Of a stretch of 64,000 nt of DNA, positions 11,270 through 23,570 are shown in pieces. The stretch is taken from positions 2,356,001-2,420,000 of the forward strand of contig NW_027117343.1 in NCBI RefSeq assembly GCF_038025025.1, read 5' to 3'. The notes beneath the pieces are model-generated. The model was given only the letters and a program-made list of their open reading frames with translations. It was not told the origin of the DNA and made no database searches. The DNA comes from Phyllosticta citribraziliensis. Taxonomy: Eukaryota. The position numbers were made by a program, and so were the translations under genes. Position 1 is the stretch's first letter; every line of letters begins with the position of its first letter.

Positions 11270-13989
11270 CTAATACCACGAATGAAAGACGCCCGGCGTA
11301 TTCGAAGGGTTGAAAGTTTGCGACATCTGTCCTGGGTCGATATCCATGCCGTATTGGTTGACCAAGTCGTCCCAGCTGGCCCAGTTCATGGGGTCGTCGC
11401 CGAGAGTAGGAGAGGTGGCGGAGCTCGGTGTTTTGTTTTGGTTCGAGGAGTCGGTGCGGGCCAAAGAAGGTTTATGCGAGGGCGGGACCACTGGAGAGTT
11501 GTTGTCGCTTATGAAAGTCCCAAGAGGGTCAAAGGGTGCAGGGTTGGAAACAGGGTCCTTGGTAAGCCATTCGGCTTGGTCCATGTTGACGTCCGTGCCT
11601 TGAGTCTGGAGGTGTAGGTTTGGGCCTGTTTGCGGCATTGTCGAAAGCATGTCGAGTCCACCTTGTTCCTGCTGTTGCCGGTCTTCTTGCTGCTGCCGTA
11701 GCGAGTTCTGCCTGACCAAGTCGGATACTCGTCTACCGCGATCTATTTGATCGAGTGTGGGAGTTCCATTCTGGAGAGCACTCGTGTTTGCGTTTGCCAT
11801 TGGAACGCCATTGTTCCTTGACCGGGCATATTGAGCGAAAAGATCCAGACCGAGCGGGCCTTGAGAAGCGAGGCTTGGGTAGCTGTTTAACTGCGCACGG
11901 AGAATCTCCTCACGCTCCCGCTGGAGCTCAGCCTCCCTGGCTGCGCGAGCTCTGGAGACCAGTTTTCTCAATGGTCGCCAGATGCAACCCTTCTTCTGAT
12001 CAAGGGTGATATCTTGCCATCGCCTGGCAGCTGTTGCTTCGACAGCACGCCACGCCCGATCCACAACCTCGCCCTTGGTCCGCACGCAGAGCTCCGAGAG
12101 AAGAAAGGCGATGGCGTGCCATTGAACATAGGTCCTAAACAGCCACCCCCACTTTTCTGTGCGGGCCTCGGTCTCCAGAAGCAGGGCGTATTCGACATTT
12201 TCTAGAGACGTGACGAACAACTTGTCCCTAGTTTCTTGCGGAAGCGAAGCGCCGCCATCCAGACGCTGGTATGGGTGGTATATCATGAGCCACATCTTGG
12301 ATACAATCAGGCGGGAGACGGTAGCAACAACCCAGTAAAGCGGGACGGTCATGTCGCAATGCTTGAGGTATTTCTCCTCAACCTTGGAGTGTACTTCGGT
12401 AATCCACTGTTCCTTTTGCTCCAGAGAAACATGCGCAAGGAACAGGTTGCATCGATCTGGTCCAGGAGGCACATATTGAATACGGCGATAAACATTGGCG
12501 ACCTCGAACCGGATCAGGCAAAATGTGATTTCTGTGCATCCCTGGCGTTCCTCTGGAAACTCTTCCATTCCTGGATACAGGTCACTGTCGTGGACGTTGA
12601 GAGGAATCTTGGTATCAAACGAAGCCTCCACAATGGTTGGGTCGCAGCCGTGATCTTCGCTTGCTCTCGAGTCCAATACGCAAATCTGCCACCAGAGTCG
12701 ACGACGCATTTCTATGTCAAAAGGTGACAAATGGAAGTGAGTGCCATCCCGGTGGATGCCAAGCGTCTGGGCCATCCGGACTGCAAGCCCGGTCAGGGTC
12801 CAAATTATCCGCGCGTCCTCGTTGCGGCGCAAGCAGATGAGAAATATTATAAAGGCTTGCAATACGACCATCTCATCAGACAGAAGGAAGTTGGCGCGAG
12901 CAAGCGCTTGTTCGATGCCGAAGCGGTAGCGCGTAAGCAGGGTCGATTTTTCCTCGCCAAATTTCTCCTGGACATCCTCGGATGCAGTAGCAGTGACGGT
13001 GGCGTAATAGACGGCAAATAGTAGAGACTCCATCCCCTTTGGTATGCGATCTCGGTTCCTGTTTGCTGCGAGCAGTTTGGGCTCGGTAGTGGGGATGTGG
13101 AAGATCTTGAGCAATGGATCCACGTTCTCTTTGTAGAAGCTCCACATCAACTCAAAGATCTCTGGGGGTGGGTGCATCGGTGCCAGGTCCACGTTTGTCG
13201 ACCTATACCCAAAAATGTAGCTCTGGTGGTCATTTGACGGGGACGAGTCTGGGGATGGGAAATCCTCTTCTTCTTCGGAGGAATGCGACAGGAGGGCTTT
13301 GATGTCTTCCACCTGTTTGACGCCGCGATTAAGCATTCATCCAGCAAAGCTGCACCGCAGACAAGGTTGCATACCTCGTTATCCAAGTTTGCCCAAAAGC
13401 TACTGTTGATGTACCTGCTCTTTCCCTCATCAACCACCAGCCTACCAAACCTCGTCTCGAGCCCAGCGAGGGCCGAGTTTTCCGGTGGAAGAAATCTCCC
13501 TGGTACGGCTCCTCTCGAGCAGAATTCTTGAAATACATTTTCTTCTTCCCGGGGTTCCGGCTCTGGTTCCTGATCCTGCACTTGTTGCGATTCATCCTTC
13601 TCGGCCCCCTGAGTCGGTCCTTCGGTTTCGCTTATCGACGGCACACCACCCAATGTTTTGACGACACCCTCCAGCTTCTTCAGTCTATCCAGCAGCTCCG
13701 CATCTGCAGGCTTGCGCGGCTTCCGCGGGGCGCGTCCGGGAGCTGGGAATATGCAATCGATTCTGGCCTTGGTGCAGTTGGTGCACGGATGCTTCTTGTC
13801 GCATTTGACTTTGCGCCGGCGACAGGTGACGCAAGAGCGAGGGTTCAGGCCGGAGCTGCCACTGGCACCACTGATGCTCCCATTGTGCGTGTGTGAAGGT
13901 GGAGAGGTGGACGAAGGCTTCGAGACTCGGTCGCCGCTGCTGTTGCTATGTGCGCGAAGGATTTGGTCAATGGAAGAGGTGTCGGACAT
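11270..13989 (-). CDS. Zn(II)2Cys6 transcription factor with fungal TF middle-homology domain, 2 exons (intron 13313-13374)
   Basis: RSCVTCRRRKVKCDKKHPCTNCTKARIDCIFP; middle-homology motifs GLAVRMAQTLGIHRDG and EMRRRLWWQICVLD; GTATGC..CAG intron joins LDNE|VEDIK. Confidence 0.93.
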
Positions 13990-15719
13990 GATGGGCGTGA
14001 GTCGAGGGCACGCAAGCGCCGGTAACGGATTCGAGGGCCGTGTCGGAGAGCAGTCGCACGCGTTGGCGGGGTAGTCTACGCGGGGGTAGGCGAATGGAAA
14101 TGGGTGGAGTGAAGAAGATAGCGGCGACTGACATTCAGGTTAATTTGAGGCAAGAGGCAGAATGGAGAGGGCTGATAGGCATCGAAAGATGACGACGTGA
14201 GAGACTAGTAGAGTCATGGGCAAGCTGAGAGGAAGACCCGGTCTACGTAGGCCGCGCAAAGCACAGGTACCGCTCTCCGCAGATAGGAACTTTCCAGACG
14301 GCCAGGGGACAAGACAGGACTGGACTGCACATGACGCCAATGCGAATACGGGGACCTGACTGGGTGCCGTCCGTGGACAATGGTCAGCAGCGGGGGGCTA
14401 CCGTAAGCAGCCAGGGCTCGTTGCAGCCGACTGACTACACCAATCACGGCCACGGGCCATGGCAGCCCGTCGGACACGGACGGACGCAGAGTCCGCGCCT
14501 GCCCCCCCGGCCGTCCGTGTCCCGCGACAACGAACCCGAACCGTCGGCCGAGCCGCCTTGCTTTTTGGCCCACCCCGACGCCTTCATTCATCGCCCCCAG
14601 CCCCCGATTGATTATCTCGCCCTCTGCAGCCTTACCATCTGCATTTGCCGGTTTGTTTCAACCTGTTGTTTCGCTCCGTCGTTTGACCAGCCCCGTAAGG
14701 GCGCCCACCTCGGCCACCCGGGTGGGCCCGCCTGGGCATTTACTTAACCGTGCACATGCCCGCAAAGAGCTAGCTTGTGTGGATGTTGAGGGGATTAATA
14801 AACTCACTCCACGTGCTATTGATATCTCGCGGCTCCCATCACGCTGCACAGGCCTTGTTCTGCTGTGTGGTGTTTTTTCCCATTTTTTTTTTTTTTCCCT
14901 ACCACCTGCTCTGCCGTTGTTAAGCGGCCAAGTCATGCATTCGAGTCGAGACCGCGCTTGCAAACGTCGTCTTCTTGCTTGCGGGGGACTTGTTGGTAAC
15001 ATGCTGACAGCTCCAACTCCATGTGTTGGCCTGAAAAGCCAAACAGACCAAACTGCTGAGTAAGAGACAATGTTGTTGCTGCCCAGGGATCATTTCCTAG
15101 GATGCTGCTTGGCAGAGGCAGCTTGGTCGTTAATTTCAGACAACCTTTCCAACGCGGCGCGTCCCTTGCATTCTGAGGACCGTTTAACCTTGTTTTCTGC
15201 CACAGAACCGAGGCCGGGGTGTGGCAGTCAAGAAGGCTTGTTTGAAAGGGGCAGCAGGACCGAGATCAATGACCACGAGTAAAACCCACAAGGAATTTGC
15301 AATATAGCAGCACGAACGTGATACGTTTCAAACTCTTGGCCATGACAGACGGGAAACGCTTTGGTTACAGCTGTTTGAAAAATTGGGAGCAGTGGTGAAG
15401 TTTGGATGTCATGACTTCACTATCGACACTCGGAATCGACATTGGCGAATGACAGCTCCTAGAATGTAGCCGTGACAGTGGATGAATTCTCTCTGGGTGA
15501 CATGGTCAGAAATGATGACTCTTCTTGACATTGACTATTTCATAAACTACAGGGCATGGCGACGGGTCAAAGGAGTACAAATAAATTGCAGCTTTTGGTG
15601 GTGTGTCATGAATTAAAAATGGGAGATCGGACATGCGATCGACAAAGCGACTGCTAATTTTGTATATATATGTATTACAGTGGTGTACAAAATACGTATA
15701 GGCTGCGTGCACAACGACC

Positions 15720-16169
15720 CTAATCACCCATGTTCAACCCAACAACCGGAACGCACTCCAGGCTGCTTGCGTATCCCTGGAAGCCAGGCAAATTGGTATT
15801 GACGCCGCCATAGACGCTGGTCGACAAGCCACCGCACCTGTTGTTCGAAAAGAGCTTGCACCAGTGATTCGGGCCCGGGTAGAAGCTCTTGACCTTCTTG
15901 TCCCACCCAGAAGTCAAGACGTAGCACCTGTTCGACGGAATGGACGCTGTGACACAAGCCTGACGGTTGCGCGCCTTGCAGACGACCACTTGACGCGAGC
16001 CGCGCTTCTCGAGGATGGGCTGGGCCGCGTAGTCGGGAGATGTGGTGTCGAAGTCGGCAGGGACGACATCGTCGACTGGTCCCGCCAGAGGACTGTTGTC
16101 GAGGGGCGCTGCGGCCACGAGGCCGAGGATGGCGAAGAGCGCTCCGAAAATGAAAGTTGTGAAGTGCAT
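15720..16169 (-). CDS. Small secreted Cys-rich protein (signal peptide, acidic propeptide, Kex2 KR site, 6-Cys mature domain with beta/gamma-crystallin-like pattern); candidate effector or antimicrobial
   Basis: MHFTTFIFGALFAILGLVAAAP signal; ILEKR cleavage site; mature domain ...RCYVLTSGWDKKVKSFYPGPNHWCKLFSNNRCGG...ASSLECV; single exon, 149 aa. Confidence 0.8.
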   Translation of the reverse strand: MHFTTFIFGALFAILGLVAAAPLDNSPLAGPVDDVVPADFDTTSPDYAAQPILEKRGSRQVVVCKARNRQACVTASIPSNRCYVLTSGWDKKVKSFYPGPNHWCKLFSNNRCGGLSTSVYGGVNTNLPGFQGYASSLECVPVVGLNMGD

Positions 16170-16554
16170 TTTTGAAGGAGTGTGGTATCTCTGAAAGAGT
16201 GTGGTGGTGGGTAAACCAACGACTTGGTTGAGAAGGGCTTGCAGGAGACAGCGCTCAGACTGTATTTATGCTTGCACAACCGCTATTCAGGTCCGAGTAC
16301 TTTGAAAGGGAGCCAAAAGATGGGACAAAGAAGAAGGTATGGCTGAATGAGAGACCTTTGTCTAATGGGGCGAGGCATCATGTGGAGCAGCCATGTGCAA
16401 GCCGCTGAGGACAAAGAACAGGCATTGGACTGTTGGAATCGTCTGGACTGCAGTCATTTCCATGAGATCATTGTCGCGATGGCTGATGAAAGACGCTTGT
16501 TTTTGAAATAAAACACCACAGTGGGTGTCGAAAATTGAGACTCCCTGGGTCTGG

Positions 16555-16725
16555 CCGCGGCAATGAATAATTGCTTCCTAAGCGCAATTATAGCAGTGCA
16601 TGAACGCTCCTTACGCATAGCTGTAGCAGCGAATGAATGCTCCTTAAGCGCAGCTGTACCAGCGAATGAATGCTCTTTGAGCGCAGTCATGGTAGCAAAT
16701 GAACGCTCCCTAGATGCACTCATGC
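16555..16725 (-). pseudogene. Degenerate 33-bp tandem repeat (~5 units) encoding a Cys-rich 11-aa unit interrupted by stops; probable RIP-inactivated sequence
   Basis: GCGAATGAATGCTC recurs at 16629 and 16662 (period 33). One minus frame reads ECI*GAFICYHDCAQRAFIRWYSCA*GAFIRCYSYA*GAFMHCYNCA*EAIIHC. Confidence 0.6.
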
Positions 16726-16943
16726 TTAAATGAGCTTTGAGTATATCTCTTAAATTTAGACACCTTAGTAACCCGACTTGATGGTATCTTACAGGCGCCC
16801 GAGACCGCTTCAGCGCAGTCGAGGTATTGCTTTGATCCAGCTCCGTCAACCTTCTATTAAAGACGATTAAAGCGACGAACATCGTTTCTATCCGGGTCGC
16901 GCCGCGGTCAGGTTCCCTCTCCCTCAGGTCAACCGATGCGATT

Positions 16944-17732
16944 TCAGTTCTTGAGTCCGGCGTCCTTGGCGGATTCTACGGGGTGCTCAACGACCTTCTT
17001 GGCCGCCTCGCCCTCCTCCTTGACGGCACCCTTGACCGAGTTTTGCCACGCCAGGATACGGCAAGTCTGGACGAGACCAACGCATCCAAGGAAAAAGTTG
17101 ACCGTGGCGAGGCTAACATTTGTCAGCATATTTTCATCCCGTCTTTGCTCCTTCCCAGGCGTAATCCTGGGCACGGAGTATTGTGGCCACGTACAAGACG
17201 TTCTTGGGCCTGATGATAAGGCACCAGCGAGTCCAAATGATACCAGTGGCTGTCAGGGCCATGTTTTGCGAAAGGGAAAGGCTCTCAGCGGGGCGGAAGA
17301 AGTCGGCGACACCTGCGAGGACGATGCCCCACTGTATTATCCATCAGCTTGATATACTCGATTGTGCTTCTTTCAATTGCAAAGATGTTTGAGTTTTGAT
17401 AGTCGCGACGATATCTTGTTCGGATAAGTCGAAGGAGTGAAAGTCATACCTTCATGACAGGGGCCCTGTCGTCGCATTGATGTCAGCGCCGGTTGAGTCA
17501 ACGGCCCGCTAGCTTTAGGCTAGACGGAGTTTGAAGTGATATTTTCAAGAGGTTCATACCAGAAGTGGACCGTCTTGGGGCCGACCGGGCTGTTCAAGAA
17601 CTTGGAGAAGCCGCTCTGGTTGCTTGCGGTGCCCGCATTGGCGTCGGCGGCGGTTTGGACGCTGCGGCGCGGCGCTTGCCGAAGCAAGTTGCGCGAGAAG
17701 TTGAGGATGCGAGTGGTGGGACGGAAAGACAT
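16944..17732 (-). CDS. MPC2: Mitochondrial pyruvate carrier subunit 2, 4 exons
   Basis: Arg-rich presequence-like N-terminus; spliced NSPVGPKTVHFWAPVMKWGIVLAGVADFFRPAESLSLSQNMALTATGIIWTRWCLIIRPKNVLLATVNFFLGCVG; 16-nt microexon at ~17450-17465. Confidence 0.94.
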
Positions 17733-18007
17733 GTTGACGGGTTGGCTGGAGGAAGAGGGCGGCCGGAAGAAAAGCGACGGTTGAAAGAGTGGAGAGTGAA
17801 GACAGAGACCGCGGCGCCGCTGACAGGTTTCGGTATCCGTTGGTGTTGAGCGCTGAACAAAAGGTGGAGTCCCGATTTCTCCGCCCCTGGCCAATCAAGA
17901 CATGGGTCTTCCCCAGCGGCCGCCGCCCTCCGTTCTGACCCCAGCTTCCGCTCGCCGTCATCCCCAGGTACATCACACCACTTCTCGAACCTCACCCCGT
18001 CGCCGAC

Positions 18008-18478
18008 ATGGCCACCAAGTACGCCTTCAGCAGCGCCGTCAAGGAGCTGCGCTTTGCGTTGTGCCAGTCCTCTGATGCCAGCGCTGCCACACGGTATGAC
18101 GATGCCCTATTTCCCCGAGCTCCCCCACAGTGCTTGGAAATTGCAACGACACGGCGCTGATTGGGTGGATACTCTAGCAAGTTCCTGCTCCGTGCTTATC
18201 CCACCATGAAGAAGCACAACCCGGAAACTCCTATCATGATCAGAGAGGCCTTGAACGTCGACCCCAAGGTCTACGCCAGATACGGTGCGCACGCGCAACT
18301 CCAGCATCGAACGACACATGGGCTGACACGCGGACAACAGAGTTTGGGCGGGAGAAGATGGTTCCATTGAAAGGTGGGCAGCTCTTAGAGGATTCGCAAT
18401 AGGGATGCTGATTGTTGTACAGATCTGGACGATGCGAGCATTGAGAGCAAGGTGACGGACCTCGTAAAATCATCGTAG
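18008..18478 (+). CDS. NADH:ubiquinone oxidoreductase 10.5-kDa subunit (NDUFA2/B8/NI8M), 4 exons
   Basis: Spliced MATKYAFSSAVKELRFALCQSSDASAATRKFLLRAYPTMKKHNPETPIMIREALNVDPKVYARYEFGREKMVPLKDLDDASIESKVTDLVKSS*. Confidence 0.92.
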
Positions 18479-18586
18479 TCGACGCAACCGCACACATCAT
18501 ACACGGAGGAACGCAGACATCTAGACTTTATAAACGTCTCCTTGAAGCCGCCCTCGGCCACTCCCGCTTATCAAGCTACATGTAAA

Positions 18587-19813
18587 CTACAGATTGGCAG
18601 AGATGGTCGTCAAGTTGCCCGCCAAGTCTCCAAAGCGATACTGGGCCCAGCTCATGCTCGTCTCCAACATTGTGAAAAGCTGGGTGCCTACGTCGTCCTC
18701 AGCGGCACCCGCAGCTACATGACAAGGCAAAAGATGGTCGAAGCTCGGATGGGCCTGACGGGCGTCCCCGCGCTCCAGCAGAGCAGACATTTCACGCCGT
18801 CTCTTGCCTGGCTCAGCCGTTGCAGCCTGCTTCAATGCATTGTCAAAGCTTCCGACATAGCTGTTCCGCGTTAGCTTAGTACTGTTCAGCGTCAAAGCGG
18901 GCACCTACGGCAGCGGCCGAGATTCACCTGCGGCAGACCACATATCGCGCAGATTATGAACGGCCATTCCGCTGCAGATAATGAGGACCCCCTCTTCCCG
19001 GAGCTTCGCTACCGCTTGGCCGAGACGGAAATGCTCCTCAGGATCTTCGTTTTTGAAGATGGACACCTGCACCATGGGGACACGCAGGGGGTTCTTTTCA
19101 GGATCGAATGCTTCGAGCAATTAGTATTGCAATGTTTGTGTTTGCAGGAACTTGCCAATTCGAAGAGGCACCCAAGCACCGTGGTCCAGTCCCCTATCCA
19201 CTGGCGTGTAGCCGATTCCCGCCTGTTCCAGCTTTGACATGACATTTTGAGCCAGGTCACGGCTTCCCACGTGCGGGAACTTGAGCTGGTAGTACCAATC
19301 CGGAAAGCCATAGAAGCTATCTTTTCAATCAGTGTTGTCCTCACTAGGGGACCTCAGCATCTTACTCGTAGATGAGATCAGTGATTTCTGCGGTGTTCAC
19401 GAGGACGCCATTCTGACGTCCCTGCCAATGAGCCGAGAATATGACCACTGCCCGAGGCTTGACTTGCTCAGTTATTTCTCTCCCAATTTCTTCTAAGCTC
19501 TGATAAGCAGGACTCTCCGGCTCTTCAACAATGCTGGGCTGCTTCTGTCAGATCATGCATTAACCGGAGCGCAGCAATTTCGACTTACACCACCATGGGA
19601 GAGAAAATAGACAGGAGTGCGAACAGGGCCCGAGGTCTCTGCCCCCATCATGAGGTTGTTTCGACTAGGAGCGGCACTAGAAGTAACTGGCCCTGAATGG
19701 AAAAGGTCCAACGCTGAGTTCAAGAGACTAAGGGAGGGTACGCAAAGCCCAATGATGACAGCGAGTCCTGCGATAAGCAAGACAGACCAGCGGACAATGG
19801 GAATATCATACAT
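18587..19813 (-). CDS. LigB-type extradiol ring-cleavage dioxygenase (4,5-DOPA dioxygenase-like), 5 exons; alternative start at 19651
   Basis: Spliced motifs PVYFLSHGGP, VIFSAHW, LIYDFYGFP, RGLDHGAWVPL, VPMVQVSI, SGMAVHNLRD, AHPSFDHLLP; third intron (19111-19155) has a GC donor. Confidence 0.9.
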
Positions 19814-20203
19814 AGCATATGCAATCATGCAATCATGCAGCAAAAGAAGAGCGAGATTCTAGGAGAAACAAGGAGACTACCTGGACATTTGTAAATACTT
19901 TGTTGCTTGACCTGATGTGCGGAACTAGTCCGCTGCGGGTTCCGCTGTCGGACTCACGCACCGCCACGCCAGCCACAACGGTCAAGTCAAACTGCTTGCG
20001 CTTGGACGCGATTGCCGTCCATGGCGCCTTTGTCGCGACATGTCCAACCGCGCTCCAACACAAACGCTTGCTAGCTCCCAATGTCTCGCGCGCATTAGCC
20101 CAGACCTCTGCGCGACTTCAAAGGCCACCCTGGCCCGTATCTCTTCTTCAACCCGCACGTCTTTCGTTCAGCATACGTCAACGGCAACATTGTCATCTCC
20201 ACC

Positions 20204-22128
20204 ATGGACGATCCAGGTCCTTTTTACGAGCTGCTAGGCAAGCTTGCCTATGCCTTCACCGAGATCCAGCCACTCATTCCTACCTACGCCCATCTCATCG
20301 TTTCCGCCTTGTTCCCCATCTACGCCGGCGCGCACGCCTCGCTATCCAGACCGACCTCCGCAGCAAAGCCGCACAAGCCCAAGAAGAAGGTCACAATTGC
20401 AGTAGAGCAAGAGGAGGAAGACTCAGAGCAAGAAGAGGAAGATGAAATCCAAAAAATGGAAGGACTTTCGCCGGGCGATGCCCTCATCTTCCCGCTGATG
20501 GCCGGCGTCACGCTGACAGGCCTATACTTCCTCATCAAGTGGCTCAAGGATCCAGCTATTTTGAACAAAGTTCTGAACGGATACTTTGCGCTCTTTGGAT
20601 TGCTCAGCGTGAGCCGTTTCCTCACTGACGGCATGGACCTCATTCACGGAATCGTCTTTCCTCGCTCCTATTCAATTGGCAAAACCGTCTACGACGTTCA
20701 CACTCGCGCAAAGGTAGCAAAGCCTCTGGGGTCGCCGAGAGCGAAAGCTATTTCTTCTCCTCTTCCGGGAATTTTTGGCCAGATTCCCCTACCCTCGTCC
20801 GTGGAAGCAGCGCTCTGGAAGATTCGCAACACCCCGAAGGTGAAGCTCACTGCGAAGCTGTTTGTCCGCAATATTGTCTCCGCAAAGGCGCGAATCGGCA
20901 TATTCGGCGTCGCCGGGTTTGTCCTTGGCCTCGCAGCTGTCTTGTACTTCAATTTGGTTGACAAGCCTTGGTTCCTCACGAACCTTATGGGCTTTGCATT
21001 CTCCTACGGCGCACTTCAGATTATGAGTCCTACGACGTTCAGCACCGGAACTCTACTTCTCTCGGCGCTCTTCTTCTACGACATTTACATGGTTTTCTTT
21101 ACGTAAGAACTTTCTCTCACACTGCTGGAAGACTGCTAATGGAGCAAAGGCCGATGATGGTGACAGTTGCCAAATCCCTTGACATTCCCATCAAGCTTCT
21201 CTTTCCCCGTCCAGATGTTCCCTCGAAGGATCCGAACAAGCCACCGATCAAACAACATGCCATGCTAGGCCTTGGTGATGTCGTTCTTCCAGGAATCATG
21301 ATTGGTCTGGCTCTTCGCTTCGACCTGTACATGTTTTACTTGCGAAGACAATTCCGCACTGGGGTTGCTCCTGTCTCCGATTCGCCCACATCAACCACTG
21401 CAGACGGTGCTGAGAATTCGGACAAGGCTACAGAGACCGAGCAAGCCCAAAGGAGCGTGGTCCACAAAGTTCCCTACACTTCAGTCTCAGGCCGATGGGG
21501 AGAGTATCTGTGGTCGGCCACACCATATCACGATTTTACTTTTCCAACTCCCTACTTCAAAGCAACTATGGCTGGCTATGTCGTGGGAATGCTGGCTACG
21601 CTGGCAGCCATGCAGATAGCCAATCACCCTCAGCCGGCTTTGCTCTATCTTGTTCCAGGCGTTTTGATCAGCGCATGGGCAACCGCGCTGTTCAGAGGAG
21701 AGCTGAAGGAAATGTGGGAGTTCAGCGAAGCGGTGGATGACGAAGAAGAAGAGACGCACAACGACACGGCCAAAAAGATTGGCAGTCAGAGTATCCTTTC
21801 CAAGGAGAGAGCCCAGCGCTTTGAGAAGCGCGTGAAGAATGCTATGGAAAAGAACACTGAGGGCGATTCGACAGCAGACGACAAGGGTATTTCTCAGCCG
21901 AAACGCGATCGGAAGTCTGAGAAGGAAGTGCGTGATCGCGAGCTACTCCACTTCTCCGTTGTTGCCCCGTATTCACCCAAGAAGTCAAAGCGTGGAAACC
22001 AGGGCTCTAACAGCGGTGCTGACTCCACAGACAGCGACGAAGCTGGCAAGGATATGAAGAGTTGGAGTACGAGGATTGAAGTGGACGCGGTTGACGGCTC
22101 TCCAGCGAAGCGGAGGAGGGTGAGCTAG
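20204..22128 (+). CDS. Signal peptide peptidase (GxGD intramembrane aspartyl protease, A22B), 2 exons (intron 21103-21149)
   Basis: Catalytic motifs FFYDIYMVF and MLGLGDVVLPG, plus QPALLYLVP; several hydrophobic helices. Confidence 0.94.
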
Positions 22129-23570
22129 AAGGTCCCAGTTGCGGACATTTCCCCTGTGGAGGGAATTTACCAAGTTTCAGACTTCTTCTCAGAATCCAAC
22201 CTTAGCGACGATGGCGACTTCCACAATGACGACTGACAGCATGGAAAGACGGACCGCAGCATTGGGAATGGCGTTGTACGGGTAATGTTAGGAATCAATT
22301 CAATTTTCAAGTCATCGTGGTTCGACCGTCACTCATGACAGCATGCATGGTTCGCGAACGATTTGGGCACTTTGGTTGCAGCCCAGTTTCGGGAGCCTTG
22401 TATATTCGCCACCAATGTCTCTGCTCACGTATTGAAACTCTAGTTCGGAAACGCTGCCGGAGCCCGAGCGAAAACAAGGCCAACACGTGGCAAAGCGCCG
22501 TCTGAATATGCCGACCGGACCAAAACAACAGGCTCAAGGCATCTCCACGGACCAGCATATCTTCAGAACAAAATGCTGACGGCGGCGCGGCGCCACCAAA
22601 CCCGTTGATGATCTTCAACGGCAGGACGTTCCATCGGGTCGGAGAGGTGCAGATCCAAGGGCTGGACCTCCCATCAGCCACGCGCTCGCTTGTTCTACCC
22701 AGCAAACCACAAGCTATCAACTTGACGGGGCGGCGCCGCGCCAACCACGCACCCGGTCAGCCTTGCTCCGCAGCTTGCTAGCGCCCGTCACGGCCGCAAG
22801 ACAAGGGGGTCTAGACCTCTGGTATGCTGTTATTCTGCAGCGCCCACGTCCACGGGGTCGCTTCTCTGCCCTGTGCTGCAGAAAAACTCGTCTTGTGCCA
22901 CCTTGCCGCAGACGAGTCGGCTAGCTCCCTGCTATACCTTGCTTTGCGCACGGCTCCGCAACTGCCTTCTTCCGCGGAATCCAAAGGTCTGGATCAGGAC
23001 TATCTGGCTGTTAACCACGCCTTTGCAAAAGTTTTGATTCGAGCACATTGTTGGAGAATGGGTTATCGCCACCCTGCAGGCCAGGATTGCGATGGTCACG
23101 ATGGCGAGGGCCCTCTTACAACGTTACTCAAGATCAAAAGAATCCGAGTCTCCGCTTTGACAAGACACATACCTATCGACATGGAAATATGAAAAGGGCA
23201 TCAGCTGGAGCCGCGCAAGTAACGCGTGGTCCTCCGACGACGGCGCGGTTGTCACCTCGTGAGTGCCAGGAACCAGACCCGAGTTAACGGAGCAAAAGGG
23301 AGGCTTTTACGCAACGATAAGTGGTCTCGCAAAATCACCCCAGGGACCTCCCAGGTCATATTGACATGTTCAAAAAAAAAGGTAGATATATTCACCTTCT
23401 TATCACGTCTTCTTGTTTCATCTCTCGTTAACCCAAGTCACACTTTTGTTTCATCGACCGGCTTCTGTTCTACACGTCTTCATGCCCAACAGCGTAGGAG
23501 TACTTGTTTGCATTTTCTCGTTGCCGTCTTACTCCAGACTAATGTCCATACCAGAAAACTTGCCCATCAA

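Noticed and set aside
5662..13989. Possible aspterric-acid-like cluster (DHAD plus Zn2Cys6 TF)
   Set aside because: No terpene synthase, P450 or other biosynthetic core gene; the neighbours are ribosomal protein genes.
16454..16882. 142-aa ORF with ALKEHSFAxTA repeats as an intact gene
   Set aside because: It is probably the incidental open frame of a RIP-like repeat; another frame shows a cleaner Cys-repeat with systematic Gln-to-stop changes.
23226..23570. 115-aa N-terminal extension of the PAS-GATA ORF in the track
   Set aside because: It begins at a non-ATG codon and looks like 5' UTR; the first ATG is at 23571.
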